Source: Eledone cirrhosa (Eukaryota). From it: a stretch of 64,000 nt of DNA. The position numbers were made by a program, and so were the translations under genes. Shown here one piece after another: positions 41,832 through 54,683 of this stretch. The notes beneath the pieces are model-generated. The model worked only from the letters and a program-made list of their open reading frames with translations. It did no database searches and had not been told where the DNA came from. Position 1 is the first letter of the stretch. Every line of letters starts with the position of its first letter. The stretch lies in contig OZ024742.1 of assembly GCA_964016885.1 (NCBI GenBank), forward strand, positions 170,872,001 to 170,936,000. The letters run 5' to 3'.

Positions 41832-43829
41832 TTAATTGTAAGTTGTGATGTTGCTGTTCCACTCATGTTTTCTATTTAATTTTGGTTGTAATTCTTTTAT
41901 GTTTATTGCCTCTGTGATTTGTCTAAACATTGCGTCTTTTCTGTGTGTAGATTCTATTTTTATTTCTATGTTCTCTAATTTACCCTTATGTTCTATTTTA
42001 GCATGTTGGTAGAGTACAGATGATTCTTTATTATCTTGAAGGTCTCGCCAGTGTTCATTTATCCGTTCCCCTACACTACGAGCTGTCTCACCTATGTACA
42101 CTATATTTTTGTCTCTACATTGTCCTTCAGTACATCTTATGCTATATACTACATTTCTAGTTTTACAGTTAATATGGGGGCTTAATTTACAGGTTATACA
42201 TTTCTTATCTCTACAGGGGGTGGGGGGTCTTTGAAAAGGGTATGTCTTGCTAATAAGTGTTTTTACGGAGGTACCTGGTCTTTCTACTATCTTAATATTG
42301 AGTTTATGTTTATCTAGGGCCCTTTTAAATTTGTAAGCTAATTCACCTCTAGGGGTTGTATCGATGAACATTACACTTTGGTATTTATTGCTATCATACC
42401 ATGAGTTTATTCTATTAGCCTTATTCCTAGTTCTTTCTATTCTATTCCAAAATTTGCTCCTATACAAGTGGCAGGTCCCATTTGTGTCATTATTTACCAT
42501 TTTTTCCCATTTGGTTCTGGCTCCTCTATACACTCTGATTCTATCTCTCTGATTGTAACCAGAGAACTGCATACGGTGGATGAAGTGTTGTATGTGTCTC
42601 TCTATTTCTTCGGGGTTGCACATGCGGGACACGTTTCTCATCACCCGTACCAAATCCGAAATCAGTATGTTGATTTTGGTATGGTCCGAAACAGCTGAGT
42701 TTCGGTGGATCAGATATTTGGAAGTCATGGGTTTGGCAAAATGGGAATGGAGGATTTGTTTTTTGTTATTAATGGTATCTAACCAGAGCTCTGTGTCTAG
42801 TACAGGTAATCGATGGTTGGGGTGTTTACTTGGGTAGTCTATAGTAACTCTAATACTCTGGTGGATGGAGTTAGCTATTTGCTGGATGCTTTCCATTGTG
42901 TTTTTCTCTAATTCCTGACTGTTCTCTAGTGGGGGTATTTTAACTACGATGTTTATATCGTCAACGTAGCGGGAGTACATTATCAGGGTTAAGGGGTCTT
43001 TTAATTGTTCTTTAAGTTTAAGTTTAAGTCTACTGTCCCACCATACCATGAATAAGTTAGCTATGTCGCCTGCAATGCTAACACCAATGGCTGCTCCTTC
43101 CTCTTGGGCATATGTTTTTCCATTAAATTTGAACATATGTTCCTTAAGGGTTAATTTTATGCTGGCCCCCACCACATGTGCAATCATTTTCTTTAGTTCA
43201 TCGTGGTTTTCGGGTGTCCGTATGGCTCTGGTCCACCCGTTCCATCTATCTGTGTGGGTTTTCTTGGCCATTGAGGTAATGGTAGGTGGTCTGCCTCTTG
43301 CTGGTCTTGTAGGGCACAGGTTGCTAAGGTCATATGTGTCTAGGTAATTATTACTATAGGTAAGTTTAAGTAGGAGTCCCAGCTCACTGGTATCAATCCC
43401 ACGGAACTCAACATTGCTCTCACTGATCATTTCTATGCATTTCTCCACAGCAAAATCCACGTCAATAGATGGATACAGGGACACAACTTCCATACTACCT
43501 ATTATGCAGTTTGTTAGGTCCCTAGATCGGTTACTTTCGCCGATTCTGCTGAGGAGGTCCTCCGTGCTGTCACATACATCTGGGGACATTTCAATGATGG
43601 GGCGTATGATTAGGGAGAGGAAGTAGGACAGTCTGTAGTTACTAGCAAAGTTAGCCCCACAGACTGGCCGTGTTGGTGGTCCCGTGACAGGGTCACTGCC
43701 CGTTTTATGGTCTTTTCGAAGACCATAAAACGGGCAGTCATTGTTCCAGGCCTGGAAGTTGTTGGCAGTCCTTTTGTTGGGCTGCATTATATTCGTCCAC
43801 ATCACCATATGGGCATTATATTCGTCCAC
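41832..43829 (-). CDS. Penelope-like retroelement RT + GIY-YIG endonuclease (Naiad-like; 5'-truncated, probably inactive)
   Basis: 665-aa open frame: FYGLRKDHK, TRPV, SMEVVSLYPSI, GAAIG..IA...ANLFM.WWD, RYVDD, LPVLD, FSGY, CxxxxCxxC, VVYSIRC..YIGETAR...ERINEH, RQITEA..I..LNRKHE. Confidence 0.93.
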   Translation of the reverse strand: MDEYNAHMVMWTNIMQPNKRTANNFQAWNNDCPFYGLRKDHKTGSDPVTGPPTRPVCGANFASNYRLSYFLSLIIRPIIEMSPDVCDSTEDLLSRIGESNRSRDLTNCIIGSMEVVSLYPSIDVDFAVEKCIEMISESNVEFRGIDTSELGLLLKLTYSNNYLDTYDLSNLCPTRPARGRPPTITSMAKKTHTDRWNGWTRAIRTPENHDELKKMIAHVVGASIKLTLKEHMFKFNGKTYAQEEGAAIGVSIAGDIANLFMVWWDSRLKLKLKEQLKDPLTLIMYSRYVDDINIVVKIPPLENSQELEKNTMESIQQIANSIHQSIRVTIDYPSKHPNHRLPVLDTELWLDTINNKKQILHSHFAKPMTSKYLIHRNSAVSDHTKINILISDLVRVMRNVSRMCNPEEIERHIQHFIHRMQFSGYNQRDRIRVYRGARTKWEKMVNNDTNGTCHLYRSKFWNRIERTRNKANRINSWYDSNKYQSVMFIDTTPRGELAYKFKRALDKHKLNIKIVERPGTSVKTLISKTYPFQRPPTPCRDKKCITCKLSPHINCKTRNVVYSIRCTEGQCRDKNIVYIGETARSVGERINEHWRDLQDNKESSVLYQHAKIEHKGKLENIEIKIESTHRKDAMFRQITEAINIKELQPKLNRKHEWNSNITTYN

Positions 43830-43849
43830 ATCACCACGATGAACTAAAG

Positions 43850-43978
43850 AAAACGATTCTTTGCTTAAACTTTAATCTGTTATTTTAATAAATATTTGCT
43901 CTACGGTTCTTATATATTTAATATATATTTATCCTTATCGAGCCCTCTTTGGATTTTAGTCTTCAAATTTATTATTAT

Positions 43979-43985
<7 letters not shown>
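43850..43985 (+). mobile_element. Tail fragment of another PLE-like family; inverted copy at 45035-45135
   Basis: cgattctttgcttaaactttaatctgttattttaataaat is identical to the 3' part of the 62413 hammerhead module. Confidence 0.7.
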
Positions 43986-44025
<40 letters not shown>

Positions 44026-44823
44026 GGGGTGTATATATGTATGTATGCATATATATACATATATATTATATAATATATTAACAATTTGTAGAACAGAAGC
44101 AATCTAAGACACCGAAAAACAATGAAACAGATATAAAAGGAAAGCTGGAAGCTTGAATAGTTCTAAGAAAAATAGCTTGGCTATTTCTGAAGTGGCATCC
44201 TTGTTTCTTTTGTGTTTTTATTATTCATTTATTTTTTCTGTTTGGTATTATTATTCTCGATGTTCCTTTTCTAGAAGTTTCTTGGAGTAGAAGAAAATCA
44301 TCATCATCATCATCATCATCAGTAGCATTAACAGTAGTCTCTACAGAAGCAACAACAGAAGCAAAATGCAGAAATTGAAGTAGGTTTCCATTAGTGTCTT
44401 TGTTAAAGACATGTACAGTGTAAGAATGAAGTCTCATGGGATTGATATGGTGTCTTATTTTGAATAAGAAAACCTACTTGTTTTAGATTCTAGCCTCCCA
44501 ACAGGCATCTATTACCGTTCCGTTTGACGGTAGACACCATGTAAGTTCGACTAAGTGAAATTTGCTGAAAGAGCTTCTTCTGATGCTGCCAGGTAATTTC
44601 ACAGAAAAGTAAACTAAAACTCCAATGAACATAAAAGATAAACTATATATCTATATATATAATATACATATAGAGAGACATGTAAAATCCTGACCACAGC
44701 GCGAAGCGGTTTCGGCTTGTGTGACACAAGCCAAAAACTGTATACCCATTCAGCATTTCTCATGCATTGAGTACTCCTAAGATTAGCGGTCTCCTCAGTC
44801 TCAGCACCACATACTCTCTCTCT

Positions 44824-44871
<48 letters not shown>

Positions 44872-44918
44872 TGTAATAACGAGCCACACAATTATATATA
44901 TATATACATAATATGTAT

Positions 44919-45034
<116 letters not shown>

Positions 45035-45309
45035 GTAATAATAATAAATGTGAAGACTAAAATCCGAAGAGGGCTCGATAAGGATAATATATATATCAAA
45101 ATATATAAAACCATAGATCAAATATTTATTAATATATATATACAGTATATATATATATATATGTACATATACATAATATACAGGATTCTGATGTAAATCG
45201 AGAGGTGTCCACAGTAAAAAAAGGTATTCAATACGTTAGAAGACTATAGGTATATTCATTTTATTATAGAAATGACTTATATAGGACTAGAACTATAAAA
45301 TCTTGTTCA

Positions 45310-46810
45310 TGAAAATAATGAACTGGACAGGTGACAATACGCAGTGGAAGCCGACTCTTACATTGAATGGTTTCGATTTAGCAACATTTAACCATACTCA
45401 AATACTCGTGCATTCGTATAGAGACACCAGGGCAACAAGAAGCTGACCATCAATTCCTTACTCCTGCTGAACCTTCCACAGCAGGCTCCGTGGAACGCGG
45501 TCATATGCCCTTTCGAGGTATACAAAGCAAGAATACAAATCTTGGCAGTACTTCCATGATTTCTCATAAACCTGCCGCAGTGTGAATAATTCGTCGGCTC
45601 TGTTGCCAGGGCTAAAACCACACTGTTCATCAGCTATCTTTGAATCGACAAGCTCTTTGGCAGACATTTAGCATAGATTTTACCGGAGAGGGGGAGGGGG
45701 CTTAACAAGAAAATCCTTCTGTTATTGGAGAAATCTCTCTTGTCTGCCTTTTTAAAAAATTGGGATTATCACCCCCGGTTGCCATTGCTTAGGTTCCAGG
45801 CCACCCAGTACAAACGAGTCATCCAGAGAATACCTTACTATATAAAAAGACTTTCATATCTCGGGCCAATTTTCGTCCTCACCAACATCTTTGCTCCATT
45901 TGAATTCTTTAATTGCTCTTGTGACCCCAGCCACCGAAAGATTAATCATCGCTCCCAGATGCACCTAGTGTACATCAGAATGTGCTGTTGTGGTCGGATT
46001 TAGAAGGTTAGCAAAATATTCTTTCCGCCTCGGAGGATGTACCTCTCTGAGGAGAACCCAAGATATTTTCCTGATAGCAGGTGCGGAGGACGACTTCTTA
46101 TTACGAAGTCATTGTATGATCTGCCAGTACACATTACTTGCTGATCTGAAGTCGGATTCTAGCTTAAATCCAAAGTCCTCCCAAGTCTTAACTTGGGACG
46201 TCTTTAATGTCTCTACTGCGATTCTTCGTGCGCGTTTGTATCGCGAATGTAAGAAGGAGGGTTTATTTCGAAGCCAAGTTTTTTAGGCCTCCTTCTTTGC
46301 TCGGATGGCATCTTTGACTTCTTGATTGAACCAAAGGGTTCTCATGCCATCCGGCGCCACACCAAGCCTCTTTTGTCCGCAGCATTTAGAAGCTGAAGCA
46401 GAAACTGTTGAGCTGAACAATCCCCACTCCACTTTAACGTCCTCTGTTTGATTTGCATGCAATAGTATCCCACTTTATCCTGTAGGCCGACCTTGACATG
46501 CCAATTTTGTGAGCTTCTTTGGCTTTAGGTAGTCTCAAACTGCAGATAACTAGATGGTGATCAGGTGACAGTTCAGCTCCTCCCTTAACACGAACATGAA
46601 GCACAGAATCGAAGAGACCAGAGGCAATAACAAAATCAATTATTGATCTCTGTCCCTGATTCCCTTATTAACATGCATATTTGTCGATGTATCTGTGCCA
46701 GAGAGTCCATTACTAGAACAGAAGTCTAATAGGCCTCCCCATTCGTATTTAGATCGGGATCGCATTTGCCTCAATCATTCCTTTCCAAATCAGCTAGTCT
46801 GTGTCAACGC
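45310..46810 (-). pseudogene. Decayed RTE-clade LINE (APE C-terminus, linker, RT N-terminus)
   Basis: Minus strand RSIIDFVI...ELSPDHHLV (APE); WFNQEVKDAIRAKKEA; DEQCGFSPG...LFTLRQVYEK.W.Y.....CF...E.AYDRVPR.LLW (RT). Multiple stops and frameshifts. Confidence 0.88.
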
Positions 46811-46849
46811 GTGCAAAACAAAATGGATCTCAGAAACCCATCCTAAATA

Positions 46850-46997
46850 AATAATTGTTTCTACTTTTGGCACAAGGCCATCAATTATCCCAGTGCATTA
46901 CTGGTACTTTATTTTATCGACCTCGTAAGGATGAAAGGCAAAGTCAACCTCGGCGGGATTTGAACTCAGATCGTAAAGGGACGTAACTATGCTGGAA
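46850..46997 (-). mobile_element. tRNA-derived SINE, 5'-truncated
   Basis: Reverse complement of the 1988 family. Confidence 0.8.
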
Positions 46998-47000
46998 TAA

Positions 47001-48796
47001 ATGATTTTTTTTATATATGTTTCAGGTTAAATTAAAATTATAAAATAAAGTGTAATACCTAAAGAAAATTATAAAAGTGCAATAAAGTATAAAATTGTTA
47101 AAAAGTGGATTAAAGAGATTTATTGATACTGGATTTTCGAACCCCGAATAAAGGCTAAGTTGTGTTTTAAGCACGAATTTTCATTAGTATGATTAGTGTT
47201 CTTTTATATTATTTAAATATGTATTTCCCTTTCCAATATTTATTTTGTATTGCATATCAAATTTATTTTCCAAGACAAGTATTCTGATGAAGAGGAGGAG
47301 ATGGATGCTGAGGATTTGGATTACCTGCCTGAGGTACCAGAAAAAGTTTCTCACTTCCCAAACCAAAAAGAAGTCAATGACTTGGTCAGGGAAATGGGTC
47401 TGACCAAGTCCAATGCAGAGCTATTCGTCTACAGGATGAAGCAGTGGAACTTGGTCAAGGAGGAAGTGCAGGTGACAAGTCAGAGAAGTCGACACGAACC
47501 TTTCTCCGGCTTTTACACTCTTAAGGATGGCCTCTGCTTCTGCCATGACGTGCCTGGACTGTTGACGTTATTGGGGTGCCATTTGTGCCCAAGGAGTGGC
47601 GGCTATTTATAGACAGCTCCACCACAAGTTTGAAGGCTGTCCTCCTCCACAATGGAAACAAGTTCCCGACACTGCCCCTAGCTCATTCAGTCTGCCTGAA
47701 GGAAGTTTACTACAGTGTGAAAGTCCTCTTGGAAGCTCTGTAATACAACCAGTACAATTGGGAAATCATTGGAGACTTCAAGATAGTGGCTTTCCTGCTT
47801 GGACTCCAAGGAGGCTTTATCAAATTCCAATGCTTCCTCTGCCTTTGGGACAGCAGAGCCACCTCTGACTACTATAAAAGAAAGAACTCGGAGCAGTGAA
47901 CAGAATTTGTAGTTGAGACCCGGAACGTCATGTGGGAGCCACTGGTTGATCCCAGGATTGTGCTCATGCCGCCACTGCACATTAAGTTGGGGTTGATGAA
48001 GCAGTTTGTGAAGGCTCTCAACCAAGAATAAGCCGCTTTTAAGTACCTTCTTGAGTTCTTCCCCAAGTTATCTGAGGCCAAAATCAAAGGTGGAATTTTT
48101 GTTGGACCTCAGATAAAGAAGGTGTTTGAGTCTACCGAGTTCTCCAATAAGCTCAATAGGATTGAGAGAACAGCATGGAACTGTTTCAAGGCAGTTGTTG
48201 AGGGCTTCCTGGGCAACTACAGAGCTGAAAACTACCAGCAACTGGTGCAGGATCTGATAAAGGCTTTTGGCACCATGGGATGCAGGATGTCGCTTAAACT
48301 CCATATGCTGGACGCTCACCTGGAAAAGTTCAAGGACAATATGGGCGCCTACTCAGAAGAACAAGGCGAACGATTCCACCAAGATGTGAAAGAGATAGAG
48401 CGGAGGTACCAGGGCCACTATAATGAAAAAAATGATGGGGGACTATATCTGGGGGCTAGTGCTGGAATGCGACCTGGACTACAACCGCAAATCTAGGAAA
48501 TCCAGTCATTTCTGACGTGTATAAATTGCTTTATAAGTGTTATTTGTTTTTATTTGTTTGCTTTTGATAAGCTTGTGTAATAAAATAAATATATACTCTG
48601 TTGATTTAATTATATGAACAGATAAATTTAAAAAAAATGTGTTTTTTCTTGAAAAAAATGAAAATTTCAAAATATCAAACTTTTGACCACAAACCCAAAC
48701 TGATTAAATAATAGTGATTTATTCTTATAATAATGGGATATAACAAACCAGGAAATGACACTTAGAACCGGGGAACAAAAAATATGTTACACGGTG
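47001..48796 (+). mobile_element. Chapaev3-type (CMC) DNA transposon with disrupted transposase (~47275-48514); right end intact
   Basis: NDLVREMGLTKSNAEL, WRLFIDSS..SLKAVLLHNGN, GDFK....LLGLQGG, PPLHIKLGLMKQFVKAL, SLKLH.L..H, SEEQGERFHQD. Ends ...tgttacacggtg|TTA, consistent with CAC/GTG termini and a TWA target. Left TIR not found. Confidence 0.85.
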
Positions 48797-48853
48797 TTAT
48801 CTGACATCCTGAGGATTTATTACGAACGAAACAGTTCTAGTCCTGTAGAATTC

Positions 48854-48912
<59 letters not shown>

Positions 48913-49207
48913 TATATAGGTTTCCGTATGGTTGATTGGATGATATATACGCCTTCTGATGATGGTTGGGGGTCCAATTAGATCCAAAATATCGATTAAA
49001 CATGTGTATCATTGTTTCAATTTAAAAGGAAATACGTATTTTTTTCATGCTTACATGCCTTTGTATAAGATATGTGTATATAGTTATACACGTTGGTACA
49101 ATCTCGAATACACACTCTGTATTTACATGAATGGACCTGTTATTTTTCTCTAAAAACATTTTTTCCAATTCCGCCCGACCCTTCAATCTTTCTAATTTCT
49201 CATTCTT

Positions 49208-49243
49208 TCTTCTGATGAAGGACTAGCGTCCGAAACGTTAAGA
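49208..49243 (+). ncRNA. Ultra-minimal type I hammerhead (36 nt)
   Basis: tctt-CTGATGA-a ggac tagc gtcc-GAAAC-GTT-aaga; stem III is reduced to the palindrome aacgtt. Confidence 0.88.
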
Positions 49244-49855
49244 CCCTCTTCCTGCTATTTCAAGTGTTAACCTAATATATTCCTTCCATATATTCTTCCA
49301 ATTGCGTTGTTATTTCTGTTTACCCTTTATACCCCCCCCCCCCCCCACACACACATATATAGCTTATATATAGCATATATATAGCTTATATATAGCATAT
49401 ATATAGCATATATATAGCATATATATAGCATATATATCATATATGCCATATATATATATGTATATACTTATATATATATATATACTAGACTACTCGTGAC
49501 CCGTTGGGTCACCAATATTTCAAAGTACCTGAAAAAACCGCATATCTCAGGATACCGTGGTCCGATTTACGTGAAACTTCTCTTTTCGCAGTATTATTCA
49601 CAAGTATTTTCACAAAGAAAATATCAAGCCATTTTTCACTAATAGCTCTCCTTTCACTCCACATCAAATTCTTTTTTCCGTATCTCTTTCGATGTTTGAC
49701 TGTTTGTTCTGAAAGATTTTTCTGCTTAAAAAGTTGCAAAGTTAATGAAAGACTGGTTTTATTTACAAAAATTTGAAAGAAATTATTCTTACTTGTTAGC
49801 TTTAATTATCCTTTCATTTTCTGACGTTAGAATTAATATTTTCTCATATTTATGT

Positions 49856-52800
49856 TTACAGTTTGTTCAAAAGAATGCTTTTGATGACAACATTCTTAGT
49901 CGACTGGGTGTCTTTCAGAAACACTCGGACATTTTCTTTTCGTTTTCCGCGGGTAAGGGCAACATAGAGTTGACCGTGTTGGAATACAGGTCGTTCCAGA
50001 TAAACCAACACATTTTCCATAGTTTGTCCTTGTGCTTTATGAATAGTAATAGCGAAGCACGATTGAACTGGGAATTGGCTTCGCTGCAAAGGGATATCCT
50101 CACCTCCGGATATATTAATTCTTATTCTAGGTATCATAACGATTTCATTCCTGAAAGCAGCAGTGTTGATTCTTGCTACTATGAGATTGTTATGCAGTTC
50201 TTCCACGATCATGCGTGTTCCATTACAAAGCCTTGGAGGATTCAAGTTTCTCATCAGAATTATTGGTGATCCTTTTTTCAATTCCAGGTTATGTGGTGGC
50301 AGTCCTGATAGTTCAACCGAATCAAGGAATTCAGTTGGGAAATGAGTGGCATTGGCACCATCACTCACAGAATTATAGGATCGGTACTCTTTTATGGTTC
50401 CAGGGAAGCGTCTGATACAGGTGGAATTGATGCTTCTCATCATTTCATTGAGAGGTACTAAGATGCAATTGTTCGAAAACATTTCAGTTGGATTGTCGAA
50501 TGAGGGGTAGATGAAATCAATGCATTCTTCCATTGTTGTTGCTTGGAGAATCATTTCTTTTGGAAAAATAATTTCCGCATTTTCATTTTTTGGGATCTTA
50601 TCTTCTCCAATATCCAATAGGAACTCTGAATAGTCTCCTGCTCCCTCACACAATCGCATGTTTGTCTTCAAATGAAATTTTTTAAAGCTTCGCCATAAGT
50701 AGGATTTTTTAATGCAGGCATTTTCCACATCTGCTTCATTTCCTCTTTTCACTACCGAAAGAAGCTGACGGAAATCTCCACAGCAAATTGTCAAAATTCC
50801 ACCGAATGCCTCATTGTTGTCGCATATGTCACGCAGATTAAGGTCAACAGCTTCGAAGCTTTCCCTCCGAATCATAGGACACTCGTCCCAAACAATCAGC
50901 CTTGTATGCTGGAATAGGTTTGCCGTCTTTGAGTTTTTATCAATGTTGCACAGACCATTTTCTTTCACTGCTATTGGTATTTTGAACCTAGAATGCGCCG
51001 TTCTTCCACCAGACATCAGTGTTGCCGCAATGCCAGATGACGCAACAGCAATAGCCACATCGCCGTTTCTCCTAACTTTTGAAAGGATTAAGTTAAGCAA
51101 GAATGTCTTTCCTGTTCCACCTGGAGCGTCAATGAAAATCCATGCAGATGTGTTCCTCTCTAAACTGTTACAAATGAAGTCGTACACATGTTTTTGGTCA
51201 CTATTCAATAAAGGTTCCCTTTCTTCTACAAATTGTCGCTGTTCTTCTTTGTTGTATTGCAATTCATGCAATAACTCCAAATTGCCAATATCCTGATTAG
51301 CAACAATATTATTTGGCCTTGGCAAGTTAAAGTCACTAAGACTTTTGCCCAGGTTGTTAAGTTTGTCTTCAAAATACAGAAGACATTTGTCATAATGTCT
51401 CTCGCTAATCAAAAGGCTAGAGTTTCTTGTAGCTCTTTTTTCTATCTGAAGGTAATCCTCAGACAGCGAATTCTTAAATCGAGCCCATAAAACATTGGAA
51501 TTGTCAATTTCCGTATTTGTGAGGAGCACGATGAATAGATCTCTCATGGCTTTGGGAAGCCTTGTTCGCTCAGCATCTTCCAGAGTCTGCTGCCAATGAT
51601 CATCTGATTGAAGCAAACCTTTCTCTCTGCAAACGTCTTTGAATAATGGCAGGAGTTCTCCATCACACATTTTCAAAGAGTTGAAAGATACTGGTCCTTT
51701 GACGTGATGCAGAAGGAGTCTTAATATAGGTCACCACTTCGTGGGGAAACAGTGTACACTCGTCCCAAAACGTTCGCCTCAAAAATTCCTGGATACTGCT
51801 CAACTGTTTTCCCCACCTTCCTCCTTTCCCATCTCTTATTATTCCATGTGTAAAACTTTGGTACATCGGCATAATACAATGTTTTTGCAAACGGATCGCG
51901 AGTGGAAAGATCCATGAACTCAGTCAGAGTTGTCTTAGCCATGTTATTGTTTACTTTAACAGCAGCATTGACCCGAAAGAAGATTTGATTTTTCTCAGGT
52001 AGATGAACTTGAAGGCGAACTACGGTCGGTTCCCTCTCATGAATTGGAAATCCAAGTACCGAGGCAACAGCTTCTGAAGGACCGATATATCTTCCTGTTA
52101 AATACTGTGTTATCTCATCTTCCCTGTTCACGCCAAACATTGCTTGATCACTGCCCTTCATGGTATATTTTATAACGTATTTGATCGATATCACGGAAGA
52201 GCATATCTCTACATTTAGGTGGCAGTTGAACAGTTTTAATAGTTTCATATTGTAGGGAACCACCCATTCTGAAGTTATATTTTGGCTTTCCCTTCTTTCT
52301 TGGTGCCCTTCAAATCCTCCCATTTCAGGAGACCGTCTTCTGTACACAGGATAAGAGTCCCCTCCACACAATGTATGTTCAACAAAAGGCTTAGGGTACC
52401 GCTTACTGCATGTTCCATCTTTCCAACACGGTGAATTGTTAGAGCAATTCGGACCGTGGATCATGTGCTTCAGCACCAATTTATGACCCTCTGGATCTTT
52501 GTTTGGATCTGGTATTTCGGCTTGAACGAATTTATAATATTCTTGTGGTCTGGGCTTGGTGGCTTCATTGAGCCATAACAAACAGTGCACATGAGGAAGA
52601 CCTCGCTTTTGATATTCGACTGTCAGCACGTAAGCAATGCAGTTGCCAAATAAGCCATCTACTCCAGTAAGATGCTTTCTGAACAGTTTCCGTTTCAGAT
52701 CAAATACTCTGCCAATTAAATCTGGCCTGTCGTGTGGCTTCTGATTCAGGAAGAGGTTTTGCCGGATTTCGGTCCAGTTTGGATTGCAAGTCATTTTGAT

Positions 52801-54683
52801 GAAGAACGAAGGATTGTCGTACTTCAGTATGTATCATGGCATCCTGGCATCGCTCCATCATATATCTCGGTCCACCAACAAATGTAGAAGAGAGTATGAT
52901 TAGTCTGCCGATGTTGCGAAAATCGTCATCATCATTCAATGCATCAGTAAGGCCCTTGTATGTTGTAGATCGCAATGATGTTTGATTCATTTGGAGTTAT
53001 CTCAGCCTATCTCCTTCAATCTTTGCAGCCATGTCAACCAAATATTGCTGAAATAAACGACCACCTCTGAGAAGTTGGTTGAATTCATTCTCATGTTTCA
53101 TTATTCGATAGGCATAGTAGCGCATTGGTGTCAATTTCTTGATGTTGCTCATTAACAGCTCATGATGCCATCCATCATCGCCAAAAGGAAAAAATAGAAC
53201 ATACTGCAAACTATCATAGGACCGATGGGACTCTGAGATTATTTTCAGTTGTCCGCCTTTTTCTTTCAACACGATGTGCCGTGCTTTTGATTGAAGTTCG
53301 GTGCTGTTTTGTATAATAACAACAACTTCATTTGCAGTTTGTGCATTGAATCTTCTGTCATGTTCCATTGCTGGTCTCCTATCAGGATCAATAATAATCG
53401 AAGCTTCGGGAATATTTTTAATTTGTTCTTTTGCCAGTTGAAATGATGCAACATAAGGTTTATATTGTCTCAGTATAATTTCTAATAATTCAACTATGTC
53501 GCGCTGAATGCCATCGTTATGGAGTATCCTGATCCTTAAATCAACACTATCCTGAGGATCCAAGAAGTAAATTTGAAGAAATTTGGGTTGTTCATTGGGA
53601 TTAGGAGTTAAGGAACCGATGTAATGATGAATTTGACCATGAATAACAATAGAAGGATTCCATCCACTTCTTGAGGAACGAACTTCTTTGGCTCCAAAAG
53701 ATGTCATTTGGAATAAGCAGTTGTATTGTCTGAGGTTCTTCCTGAACTCGTTTGCTCTAGGTTGATCTGTACTAAATAAATTTTGAAGTTCTTGGGGTAA
53801 AGGCTGCAGATTCCCTAGCCTGACTTTTCCATTCATACAGCAAGAAGTTAGCAGTTTCACCATGAAAAAGCATTGCATGGCAACAGACACAGATCTTATT
53901 CATTTGTCCAACATCAGCAGAGAGGTCACGTCGTTGAACTGTCTTTGCTCTATCCTACTGTTCTACCAGACGTGCAGCTTTCTGAGCATCCGATTCCTGA
54001 TCTCTCTTTCTTCTGTTTCATTCCCTCTGTTCCGCCAGACGTGCAGCTCTCCGAGCCTCCGATTCCTGATCTCTCCTGCTTCTGTCTCTTTCTCTCTGTT
54101 CCACCAGACGTGCAGTTTTCCGAACCTCCGATTCCTGATCTCTCCTGCTTCTGTCTCTTTCCCTCTGTTCCGCCAGACGTGCAGCTTTCCGAGCCTCCGA
54201 TTCCTGATCTCTCCTGCTTCTGTCTCTTTCCCTCTGTTCCGCCAGACGTGCAGCTTTCCGAGCCTCCGATTCCTGATCTCTCCTGCTTCTGTCTCTTTCC
54301 CTCTGTTCCACCAGGCGTGCAGTTTTCCGAACCTCCGATTCCTGATCTCTCCTGCTTCTGTCTCTTTCCCTCTGTTCCGCCAGACGTGCAGTTTTCCGAA
54401 CCTCCGATTCCTGATCTCTCCTGCTTCTGTCTCTTTCTCTCTGTTCCACCAGACGTGCAGCTTTCCGAACCTCCGATTCCTGATCTCTCCTGCTTCTGTC
54501 TCTTTCCCTCTGTTCCGCCAGACGTGCAGCTCTTGGTTTATCAGTCTCATCGATCCTTCTCTTCGCATGCCTGTCCTGGTCTTGTTGTTGGCATTGACCA
54601 CTATCTTGCTCACCTTCTTCGGCTTTCCTTAGCCGCACTCTCTTCGGCTTTCCTTAGCCTCACTTTCTTCCTCGTTGAGGCAT
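49856..54683 (-). pseudogene. Helitron Rep (HUH, Y2) / Pif1 helicase, disrupted
   Basis: Rep motifs MTCNPNW, VEYQKRGLPHVHCLLW, KYVIKYTMKG. Pif1 motifs DAPGGTGKT, WDECPM, GDFRQLL, LCNGTR, TIHKAQGQT, HGQLYVALTR. Frameshifts near 51700, 52800 and 53890; stops at 52997 and 54018. Confidence 0.95.
53966..54530 (-). repeat. 69-bp coding repeat (8+ copies; 23-aa AARLAEQRERDRSRRDQESEVRK) in the Helitron protein N-terminus
   Basis: cca(g)acgtgcag-like anchor recurs every 69 nt from 53966 to 54518. Confidence 0.92.

Noticed and set aside
41400-41832. SECIS element / selenoprotein PLE
   Set aside because: No in-frame TGA in the visible ORF and no convincing AUGA/GA kink-turn hairpin.
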